In this document: piece by piece, positions 56,808 through 64,000 of the stretch
How the letters are laid out: each line of letters begins with the position of its first letter
How positions within the stretch are numbered: the first letter of the stretch is position 1
Source: an uncultured Erysipelotrichaceae bacterium
GTDB taxonomy: Bacteria > Bacillota_I > Bacilli_A > RFN20 > CAG-826
Reading direction: 5' to 3'
DNA: 64,000 nucleotides
Assembly: GCA_902773005.1 (NCBI GenBank)
Contig: CACYCS010000128.1
Location: forward strand, 1,252 to 65,251
The notes under the pieces: model-generated
The model's input: only the letters and a program-made list of their open reading frames with translations
What the model was told of the DNA's origin: nothing
Databases searched by the model: none
Translations under genes and position numbers: made by a program

Positions 56808-57374
56808 CTACTTGCTCGCGTTGACGCGATAAACGACGCCCAAGGTGAACGACATGATGGTCGGAACGAAGATCGAAAGGTACATCGAAACGTAGGTAAA
56901 CCACTGCTCCGAGACGGGGCCAAGGAACTGGGTATTGGCGGTTATGGCGGAATAGATTGAGAAGGCAAGCGAGGCAACCATCATGCCAAGCAATAAAGCG
57001 TAGTCGAGCTTTTTGGCGTCATGGCTTGCCATAAGGGCGAAGGTGAAGGCGAACAGGATCGCTAGCGTCCCGACTTGGAATGCGCTGCGGTTAGGAAGCA
57101 GGATATTCACGAATATCGCGGCGAGGAAAGGCAGGATGATCGCCTTGAAGCCCAAATTCCCTTCCTTGTAGCCGATCGCCCCATAGGCGACGATCGAGAG
57201 GGCGGATAAGGTGATGCAGATATAGGAGGCGATCATCCATCCGCCTAAGGAATTGGCGCTTACGAATATCAATAGATACATGGCAGCCACCAATATGATC
57301 AAGGTGAGCAGCATCTGAATGAAGAGCAGGACCGCATGTCCTTTGCGCAGTCCGAATCGTTTTTCCGTGTCCAT
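56808..57374 (-). CDS. Polytopic membrane protein of unknown function
   Basis: Six predicted TM helices. The start is ambiguous, at 57374 or 57410. Confidence 0.55.
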   Translation of the reverse strand: MDTEKRFGLRKGHAVLLFIQMLLTLIILVAAMYLLIFVSANSLGGWMIASYICITLSALSIVAYGAIGYKEGNLGFKAIILPFLAAIFVNILLPNRSAFQVGTLAILFAFTFALMASHDAKKLDYALLLGMMVASLAFSIYSAITANTQFLGPVSEQWFTYVSMYLSIFVPTIMSFTLGVVYRVNASK

Positions 57375-57731
57375 GTGCGTAATTATAAACCAGCGGGAAT
57401 ATTTTGGCATGAAGTTCCGCGAAATGGGGAAAATCTCGATTTTCTATATCTAAACGCCCGGAAAAATCTCGATTTTTATGCGCGAATAATCGATTGTTTT
57501 TCGATTTCTATCCGTAATTTCGAATAGAAAAAATTTCTATCCGTAATTGCGAATAGACTTTGCGGATAGAATTCGGATTGGCCTAATGGGGACTTATGTA
57601 GACCCTGGCGAATGGAATCAACTGCTGATACACCGCTATCCAAAGCTGGAAATAAAAACAATTTAAGTATTACTTACTTAATCAGTATCGCGAGCTATCG
57701 CCTTTGTGGTAATCTATTGTGGGTAAAAACG

Positions 57732-59681
57732 ATGTACGCCATCAGCTTTGAGATATCTGCCTTCCTGCTGTCATTGCTTTGCTTTGTCTATTGCTTGACC
57801 GCGAAAAGGAAGCAATACGTCCCGCCGAAAGGGTTTTTGAATCGCCTGTTCCACCAGCATTTCCAGTTCCTGATGATGCTTTTGACCAACATGGTCTCCT
57901 CGATCGCTTCCGTCACCGGCGTCTATTTGACGCAAGTATCGGGGGACGGCATCGCCTTCTGGCAGTATTTCTTCCACGCGATGTACTTCGTCTTCCACAC
58001 GACCCTTTCCCTCGCCTTCGGCTTGTACGTGATGTCCGTCACCGGGACGAACCTCAAGAAGAACAAGGCCTTCTTCATCCTTTTCTTCATCCCTTACGTC
58101 GCAGCCGAGATCCTCATCCTCACCAACCAATGGACGCGGCTAGCCTTCTCTATGGATCCCGAAACCGGATACAACCGCGGCACCCTCATGCCTTTGCTAT
58201 ATGGGCTAGCCGCCTTCTACGTCGTGATGGGCGTCGTCTTCTTCATCAAGAACATGAAGCTCATCACCCGCGCCGATAGAATCGCGGTCATAACCTTCGT
58301 CATCATCGCTGCTGCCGGAATCGTCACCCAAGCCATCAAATCCGATTGGCTCGTGGAGCTATTCTGCGAATCTCTCGCATGTCTGTTCATCATGATGGTG
58401 CTTGAAGAGAAGGCTGGGCACATCGATCAGATGACGGGGCTGCTCAACCGATTCGCATTGTCCGATGCCGGAAGGCGCAAGATCGCGAACAAGGAACCCT
58501 TCGACCTCGTCCTCATCAGAGTGAGGGGCGTCGGAGGCTTAGCCAAGCGATTTGGGGAGCGTGCCGCGGATGAGGTTCTCGTCCAATTCGCCGCATACCT
58601 GTCGCAGATTTCGGGCCAAGGCACCCCTTATGCCTATAGGCGCGGCGAGTTCGTCACCTTGTTCCCGAGCGTAGATGGAGGCGAGCCCGCGAAGCAATTC
58701 GCAAACCAAGTATTAGAGAGGCTAGCGTCCAATTGGAAGCTAAGGAACTTCGAGACGACCCTAGACGGATTCCTCGCGATCGCGAATTGCCCTATCGACA
58801 TCCAAAACGAAAGCCAATTCGAAGACCTGATGGTCGCCTACGCGACTTATGAGCCGGTGGAGGAGACCCCTTGCCTCATCGCGAATTCGGAAGTCGGGAC
58901 CATGGTCCTCACCAGAAGCTACGAGGAAGAGCTCCGCCAGGCGATCGCGAACAAAGAGCTCGCCGTATACTACCAGCCGATCTACTCCTTGAAGAAGAAA
59001 GCGACTCTCTCAGCCGAGGCCCTACTACGTATTCCAAGCGGAAAATTCGCACACGTATCCCCTGAAATCTATATTCCGATCGCCGAGAAGACCGGGCTCA
59101 TCAAGGAAATCGGCCTATTCGTGTTCGAGGAGGTCTGCCGCTTCCTCTCCAGCCAGGAGGCGAAGGAAAGCAAGATCGAATACATCGAATTGAACCTCTC
59201 GGTCTACCAGTTCCTCGACCCCGACCTCGTCAAGAGCTTCGAGGACATCAGGAAGCGTTATGGGGTGCCTAGCTCCTCGATCAACCTCGAGATCACCGAA
59301 ACCGAAGGGGCGATCGATAAGGAAGAGGTCCTCAAAACGATCGAGGTATTCCGCGAATTGGGCTACACCCTCTCGCTCGATGACTTCGGGACCGGGTATT
59401 CCAATTTCGTGAGGATGGTGCGTTGCAAATTCGAGAACATCAAGATCGACAAATCGATCCTCTGGAGCCTACCTAGCGACGACAACGGGCTCATGATCAT
59501 CAAAAGCCTTACCTCCTTCATCAAGAACCAGGGTTCGAACATCATCCAGGAAGGCGTTGAGACCAAGGAGCAGCTGGATCTTGTGGAATCCTGCGGCTGC
59601 GATTACGTCCAGGGGTTCTACTTCAGCAAACCTCTGCCCGAAACCGAGTTCCATCAATATCTGGCAAGCGAAGCGCGATGA
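57732..59681 (+). CDS. Membrane sensor with degenerate GGDEF (RRGEF) and intact EAL domain; probable c-di-GMP phosphodiesterase
   Basis: About 7 N-terminal TM helices. The GGDEF-like domain carries YRRGEF at 58638-58652. EAL motifs are SAEALLRI, ELNLS, LEITE, LDDFGTGYSNF, IKIDKS and QEGVET. Confidence 0.8.
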   Translation: MYAISFEISAFLLSLLCFVYCLTAKRKQYVPPKGFLNRLFHQHFQFLMMLLTNMVSSIASVTGVYLTQVSGDGIAFWQYFFHAMYFVFHTTLSLAFGLYVMSVTGTNLKKNKAFFILFFIPYVAAEILILTNQWTRLAFSMDPETGYNRGTLMPLLYGLAAFYVVMGVVFFIKNMKLITRADRIAVITFVIIAAAGIVTQAIKSDWLVELFCESLACLFIMMVLEEKAGHIDQMTGLLNRFALSDAGRRKIANKEPFDLVLIRVRGVGGLAKRFGERAADEVLVQFAAYLSQISGQGTPYAYRRGEFVTLFPSVDGGEPAKQFANQVLERLASNWKLRNFETTLDGFLAIANCPIDIQNESQFEDLMVAYATYEPVEETPCLIANSEVGTMVLTRSYEEELRQAIANKELAVYYQPIYSLKKKATLSAEALLRIPSGKFAHVSPEIYIPIAEKTGLIKEIGLFVFEEVCRFLSSQEAKESKIEYIELNLSVYQFLDPDLVKSFEDIRKRYGVPSSSINLEITETEGAIDKEEVLKTIEVFRELGYTLSLDDFGTGYSNFVRMVRCKFENIKIDKSILWSLPSDDNGLMIIKSLTSFIKNQGSNIIQEGVETKEQLDLVESCGCDYVQGFYFSKPLPETEFHQYLASEAR

Positions 59682-59694
59682 TGAAGCGCTTCGC

Positions 59695-59964
59695 TTTTCA
59701 TATGCGCCTATCGATAAGCCCAATGCCTCCAATCATTCGGCGGGGCGAAATGCCCTTCTCCCGCTCAGGAAAGGAGAAAATCCGGCGCTCGTGATCGAGC
59801 TGAAGGTGAGCGATTCCGCGGATTCCGCGATCGAGCGGATCAAGGCCAAGGAGTATTACAAGCCACTAGAAAGCTATTGCGGCGAGGTCCTGCTCGTCGG
59901 GATTAGCTTCGACAAGGAAACTTTGAAGCACGCCTGCAGGATCGAACGCATCAAAATAGGATAA
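59695..59964 (+). pseudogene. Orphan C-terminal fragment of a PD-(D/E)xK_9 (DUF1703-type) nuclease domain
   Basis: ...SAGRNALLPLRKGENPALVIELKVSDSADSAIERIKAKEYYKPL...VLLVGISFDKE matches the C-terminal half of PF09820/PDDEXK_9 proteins. There is no ATPase part and no credible start. Confidence 0.55.
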
Positions 59965-59979
59965 AACACAAAACCGATT

Positions 59980-60017
59980 AGCCCGTCTTGGATTCGCTCC
60001 CAAGGCGGGCTTTCCTT
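59980..60017 (+). terminator. Rho-independent terminator
   Basis: Stem GCCCGTCTTGG (59981-59991) pairs with CCAAGGCGGGC (60000-60010) including one G-U pair, followed by TTTCCTT. Confidence 0.6.
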
Positions 60018-60027
60018 ATCCTCGCCA

Positions 60028-60081
60028 AATTATAATCCCCCAAAAGTCGATGTTTTGATTGAGTTTTGGGGGATTATAATT
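60028..60081. repeat. 54-bp palindromic element, copy 1 (18-bp perfect arms AATTATAATCCCCCAAAA / TTTTGGGGGATTATAATT)
   Basis: Arms at 60028-60045 and 60064-60081, with an 18-nt loop. Confidence 0.95.
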
Positions 60082-60195
60082 TCCGCGCTTATAGTGAATA
60101 GTGTCAGTTTAAAGCAGATTCCTAAGGTTTCATCATGTGTTTTTTTCTTTTTCTAGCCGCATTATTTTTACTTGTAGAAATATTGCTTGAAAAAC

Positions 60196-60245
60196 ATAAT
60201 CCCCCAAAAGTCGACTTTTACACCGACTTTTGGGGAGTTATAATT
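60196..60245. repeat. Palindromic element, copy 2, ending 29 nt before the ATPase paralogue 5 start codon
   Basis: ATAATCCCCCAAAAGTCGACTTTTACACCGACTTTTGGGGAGTTATAATT. Confidence 0.95.
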
Positions 60246-60273
60246 GATTGACCAAAGTCGTGGGAGGTGCCCA

Positions 60274-61755
60274 ATGAGCTATATATATGGTAGAAAACCG
60301 GAAATGGCGGAGCTAGAACGCCTCAGCCAATCCAAGAAAGCCGAATTCCTAGCGGTATATGGGAGGCGAAGAGTTGGCAAGACCTATCTGATTACGAGAT
60401 TCTTCGAGAATCAGTTCGCTTTCTTCCATACGGGTTTGCCCCCGTACAATGAAGGGGATGGCCTCGATTCAAGTGGCGATGGGAGGAAAGACCACCGCAA
60501 GATGCGCGAACAATTGAATCACTTCGCCGAATCGCTAGCGGAATATGGCTATGCATCCAAAGGGCCTTTGAACTCATGGCTTGATGCCTTCTCCGCGCTC
60601 AAAAGCCTTCTCAAACCCCTGCTTAACAAAGGAAAGAAAGTCGTTGTCTTTTTGGATGAACTCCCTTGGATGGATACGCCGAAAAGCGGATTCCTCCAAG
60701 AGTTTCAGGCTTTTTGCAATTCGTTTGCATGCCGATTTGACGACATCCTTCTCGTCGTCGCAGGAAGCAATATCACCTGGATCAGCAGCGAGCTCATCAA
60801 CGGCTATGGTGGGCTATATGACCGCCTGACCGCCGAGATGAAGCTTTCGCCCCTTTCCTTAGGGGAATGCGAGGATTATCTGCTGCGCGGAAAAGGGATA
60901 CGCTTCTCCCGTTACGATTTGGCTTTCGCTTACATGGTCTTTGGCGGCGTCCCCTACTACCTCGACAAATTCAAGACGGGATTGTCATTGCCTCAGATCA
61001 TCGATTCCTGCTTCTTCGGCAAAAACGCAACGCTCCGAAACGAATTCCATAGGCTTTTCCTCTCCTCTTTCCGAAACGGGGAGAAGATTCAGCAAATCGT
61101 TACGGCGTTATCGGAGCGTTCATTGGGGCTTACGCGCGAAGAGATTGCATCCTCTCTGGGGCTGACTTCAGGAGGAAACGTAAGCGAATACCTTTCCTCT
61201 TTGGAGAACGCGGACTTCATCGTCTCATATACTCCGCTAGGCGAAGCGAAGAACGCCGTCTACTATCGCTTGATCGACCCGTTCTGCCTGTTTTATCTCC
61301 GCTTCGTACTTGGCTCGACCAAATTCGACGAAAAGCTCTTCTCAGGGCTATCGGCGGGAGGAGCCATCAATTCATGGAGGGGCTTTGCGTTTGAAAACGT
61401 CTGCTTCAATCACATCGCCTCCATCAAAAAGGCGCTTGGCGTAAGCGGCGTTTTCAGCAAGCAATATGCTTTCATCGACACGAAGGACAAGAAGAAGCAA
61501 GCCCAGATAGATATGGTAATCGACAGGGCGGACAATATCGTGAACCTATGCGAGATGAAATTCACGAAGTCAAGCTATGAACACGACAAAACCGAGCATG
61601 ACCGCCTATTGAATCGCGAGAATCGTCTAGAGGCGCTTATTCCGAAGCGAAAAGTTATTCGGAAGGTCCTCATCACCTCAATCGGGCTCAAAAACGGCAT
61701 CCACTCGAGCGATTTCGACAAAGTCTTGGTGCTGGACGATCTCTTTGACGAATAA
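60274..61755 (+). CDS. AAA+ ATPase with C-terminal E..D..ExK block; paralogue 5 of 5
   Basis: RBS GGGAGG precedes ATG 60274. Blocks are YGRRRVGKTYL, VVFLDELPWMDT, VVAGSNITW, GGLYDR and GGVPYYL. The C-terminus is AFENVCFNH...AQIDMVIDRADNIVNLCEMKF. Confidence 0.8.
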   Translation: MSYIYGRKPEMAELERLSQSKKAEFLAVYGRRRVGKTYLITRFFENQFAFFHTGLPPYNEGDGLDSSGDGRKDHRKMREQLNHFAESLAEYGYASKGPLNSWLDAFSALKSLLKPLLNKGKKVVVFLDELPWMDTPKSGFLQEFQAFCNSFACRFDDILLVVAGSNITWISSELINGYGGLYDRLTAEMKLSPLSLGECEDYLLRGKGIRFSRYDLAFAYMVFGGVPYYLDKFKTGLSLPQIIDSCFFGKNATLRNEFHRLFLSSFRNGEKIQQIVTALSERSLGLTREEIASSLGLTSGGNVSEYLSSLENADFIVSYTPLGEAKNAVYYRLIDPFCLFYLRFVLGSTKFDEKLFSGLSAGGAINSWRGFAFENVCFNHIASIKKALGVSGVFSKQYAFIDTKDKKKQAQIDMVIDRADNIVNLCEMKFTKSSYEHDKTEHDRLLNRENRLEALIPKRKVIRKVLITSIGLKNGIHSSDFDKVLVLDDLFDE

Positions 61756-61756
61756 C

Positions 61757-61806
61757 ATAATCCCCCAAAACTCGACCAATACATCGACTTTTGGGGGATT
61801 ATAATT
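61757..61806. repeat. Palindromic element, copy 3, starting 2 nt after the ATPase paralogue 5 stop codon
   Basis: ATAATCCCCCAAAACTCGACCAATACATCGACTTTTGGGGGATTATAATT. Confidence 0.95.
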
Positions 61807-61901
61807 TCCATTCTTCCAATATATTGGATCGAGTTCGCGCACGTTTAAAAGAATCTGCTGAATGCAAAATCGACATATCCGAATCGAATGCAAATCGTTC
61901 C

Positions 61902-62219
61902 TTATACCAGCAATATGCGATCTATCACTTCTTTCACGGCATCGCTTGCCCGCTCATACGCCTCGATTACTTTCCTGTCGTGTGGGGACAATTCCCGATA
62001 AGAGGATTCCTGAATGCCAATCAGATAATAGAGCGACATGTCCAGTGTGTTGGCAATGATTTTCAGCTGAGCAAGAGAGGGAAACGGGGCTCCGCCTAGC
62101 ATTCTTGAAACGCTAGATTGGGTGATGCCCAAAGATTCCGCAAGATCATCCTGCGTGATGCCGCGGGCCCTCATTCCTTCGCGGATTTTGGATAGGGTGG
62201 TGATTTCGTTTTCGTCCAT
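61902..62219 (-). CDS. XRE-family HTH transcriptional regulator
   Basis: LSKIREGMRARGITQDDLAESLGITQSSVSRMLGG. Divergent from the downstream two-gene unit. Confidence 0.8.
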   Translation of the reverse strand: MDENEITTLSKIREGMRARGITQDDLAESLGITQSSVSRMLGGAPFPSLAQLKIIANTLDMSLYYLIGIQESSYRELSPHDRKVIEAYERASDAVKEVIDRILLV

Positions 62220-62328
62220 GGTCCAATTATATGCGGTATGCGCATATTCCTAAAGCAAAAGATTCTATTCTTGCATTGCATATTGTGTAATGCTAATATG
62301 CATTATACGCATTTTTGGAGTATTTGAT

Positions 62329-62862
62329 ATGCCACATCGTTATGTCATCGCGGACACGCATTTCCACCACGCCAACGTCATCGCCTACTGCGGCAGGCCT
62401 TTTCGCGACGTGAATCACATGAATGAAATCTTGATCAGGAACTGGAATAACACAGTCGGCAATCAGGATCTCGTCTATATGCTTGGGGACTTCTGCTTGT
62501 CCAGCAAATTCGAAGTGAACGAAGCCCTTTGCTCACGCCTAAACGGGAGGAAGGTCCTCGTTATGGGCAATCACGACCGGATGCAGCCGATCAAATATCT
62601 GCAAGCGGGTTTTCGCACGGCCACGCGAAAGCCAATCATGGTCGATCCCGGCGTCATCTTGATGCACGAGCCATTCGCGGACCCCGCCGCTTACGTCGAC
62701 CCGAAATCAATCTACATCTTTGGGCATGTCCACGATAAGCATTGCCCAATGGACGATTATCCGAATTGCTTTTGCGTCAGCGTGGAGCGAATTGGATACC
62801 GGCCGATTGATCTCGACAAATTGATCGCGGATATCCGCAAAGGGAGGAAAAATCATGACTGA
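62329..62862 (+). CDS. Calcineurin-like metallophosphoesterase (small, phage-type)
   Basis: Motifs are VIADTHFHH, MLGDF, VMGNHD and FGHVH. GGAG precedes ATG 62329. Confidence 0.75.
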   Translation: MPHRYVIADTHFHHANVIAYCGRPFRDVNHMNEILIRNWNNTVGNQDLVYMLGDFCLSSKFEVNEALCSRLNGRKVLVMGNHDRMQPIKYLQAGFRTATRKPIMVDPGVILMHEPFADPAAYVDPKSIYIFGHVHDKHCPMDDYPNCFCVSVERIGYRPIDLDKLIADIRKGRKNHD

Positions 62863-63913
62863 AGGGACTCTCGTCATCATCGAAAACGATAAAATCTACG
62901 AATACCCAACCCTTCGCGGGGACATGTACCCAAAAGGGAGAGGGCAGGCCATCATCCTTTCATATTTGGCGGGAAAACTCAAATCCGTTGAGGACGTGAC
63001 ATCGTTTTTCGAGTCAATTCTTTATGAAAGCGAGAAGGAGCTGCGCTTCAAGCCACGGGAACTACCGGCCGAAAAAGAAGTCGAGGTAGGCGATGGCGAA
63101 TGGGTTTACGTCATAAACAATACTATTGAAACTCGCTCGCTGCGCTATTTCGGCGATGCGATTGAAGCGAAGGGAAAATGCCTCTCGGGGTATAAAGAGG
63201 GGTCGTTGATGTTCTGTCTGGAACAAAATAGTCCCATCCAGTTGACTTTCCGCGGCGCAGAAATCCAAACCGCCATAGATGCGCTTGACCAGTATTGCCG
63301 AATGCACTTGGGCCAATTCACCCACGTGTTTTTCTACTACCGCTTCGGCTTGAGGCGTCCTAAAAAGGAGTATCTCGACTGCTATTGGAAAAACCTGCTT
63401 GCAGCAATACGCGACATCCTCTTCAAAGACGACGAATTGTCCTCCTATGGCGATCGTGGGAACTATGGGATAGGCCAAGACAAAGTGAGTCAAGAAGGGA
63501 AAATGGCCTACGAGATTCTAAAAACCATTGAAAGCGCACGCGCATATTTCTTGAAGCCAGAAGGCGGATATACCGTCGACTTTGACGGCCCGCTCAAATT
63601 GACTGGCATCCCCTTCCCAAAGGCAAGCGTACATTGGGATGGGGACGAAATCGTTGAGACCGTGATATTCCAAGGGGAGCATCTATTGGTTTTGCTTGAC
63701 GCCTTGAAAGCGAATCGCGCCTTCTGCGAATTCCGCTTTGACGAAATGTTCGCATCTTTGAAACCAGACGATGACGCGATCACGCTGCTTGAGCTGCTTT
63801 CTTGTTCCGCGAGTGATGAGCTTGAGGGCGAATCGGATGTTCCCGATCCGAAATGCGCGAAAGACCTAATTCAAGGAATCATCGACTCCGTCATCAAGAG
63901 CGAGTGGGAATAA
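62855..63913 (+). CDS. Hypothetical protein, translationally coupled to the metallophosphoesterase
   Basis: 352 aa. It overlaps the upstream stop by 8 nt. No motif recognised. Confidence 0.5.
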   Translation: MTEGTLVIIENDKIYEYPTLRGDMYPKGRGQAIILSYLAGKLKSVEDVTSFFESILYESEKELRFKPRELPAEKEVEVGDGEWVYVINNTIETRSLRYFGDAIEAKGKCLSGYKEGSLMFCLEQNSPIQLTFRGAEIQTAIDALDQYCRMHLGQFTHVFFYYRFGLRRPKKEYLDCYWKNLLAAIRDILFKDDELSSYGDRGNYGIGQDKVSQEGKMAYEILKTIESARAYFLKPEGGYTVDFDGPLKLTGIPFPKASVHWDGDEIVETVIFQGEHLLVLLDALKANRAFCEFRFDEMFASLKPDDDAITLLELLSCSASDELEGESDVPDPKCAKDLIQGIIDSVIKSEWE

Positions 63914-64000
63914 AGGTGGAGGGCGATTCCTTCGGTACGGATTGGCCTTCCTTATGGGGCATTTAAGCCCGAATTTCCTCATCAGGCGCCTGATTTTCTT

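Noticed and set aside
1-64000. Mollicutes-type genetic code (UGA = Trp), suggested by the lipoprotein-rich content.
   Set aside because: Several well-supported genes end at TGA with proper downstream starts, for example 7070-7072 and 42066-42068. No conserved protein is interrupted by in-frame TGA.
63952-64000. A possible gene start at the window end (ATG 63952).
   Set aside because: Only about 16 codons are visible and no convincing RBS spacing is present, so it cannot be supported.

Overview
This is a 64-kb chromosomal segment of about 50% GC that uses the standard genetic code (TGA acts as a stop). Many lipoproteins carry an L-(L/A/V)-(A/S)-C-G-(G/D) lipobox, which suggests a Firmicutes or Mollicutes-like anaerobe; that is inference only. 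All family calls come from motifs read by eye, since no database search was possible.

Ordinary content:
- ribF-truB.
- An arabinose-type sugar cluster: an AraC regulator, an FGGY-kinase::AraD fusion, a fucose-isomerase-family isomerase and a DUF4867-like protein.
- A MIP channel and a Phd/VapC toxin-antitoxin pair.
- A sensory (HydS-like) [FeFe]-hydrogenase translationally coupled to a PP2C/SpoIIE phosphatase.
- Two convergent DUF3990 + HTH-partner modules.
- An XRE/zinc-ribbon membrane regulator with a lipoprotein.
- A five-gene transglutaminase-MoxR-DUF58-BatA-vWA operon.
- A 1370-aa lipoprotein with internal repeats.
- A degenerate-GGDEF/EAL protein, a nucleoside deoxyribosyltransferase and an alpha/beta hydrolase.

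The standout signal is window-wide. There are five paralogous AAA+ ATPases of about 480 aa with a C-terminal E..D..ExK (PD-(D/E)xK-like) block, one AAA_14/DUF4143-type ATPase, and two AlbA_2 (Schlafen-like) proteins. Each of these eight genes is accompanied by its own private set of iterons, palindromes or 70-bp flanking direct repeats. The ATPase-linked repeats are otherwise unrelated but mostly share a GCAWWTTT(T)GG-like core. I found no transposase, integrase, cas gene, tRNA or rRNA.
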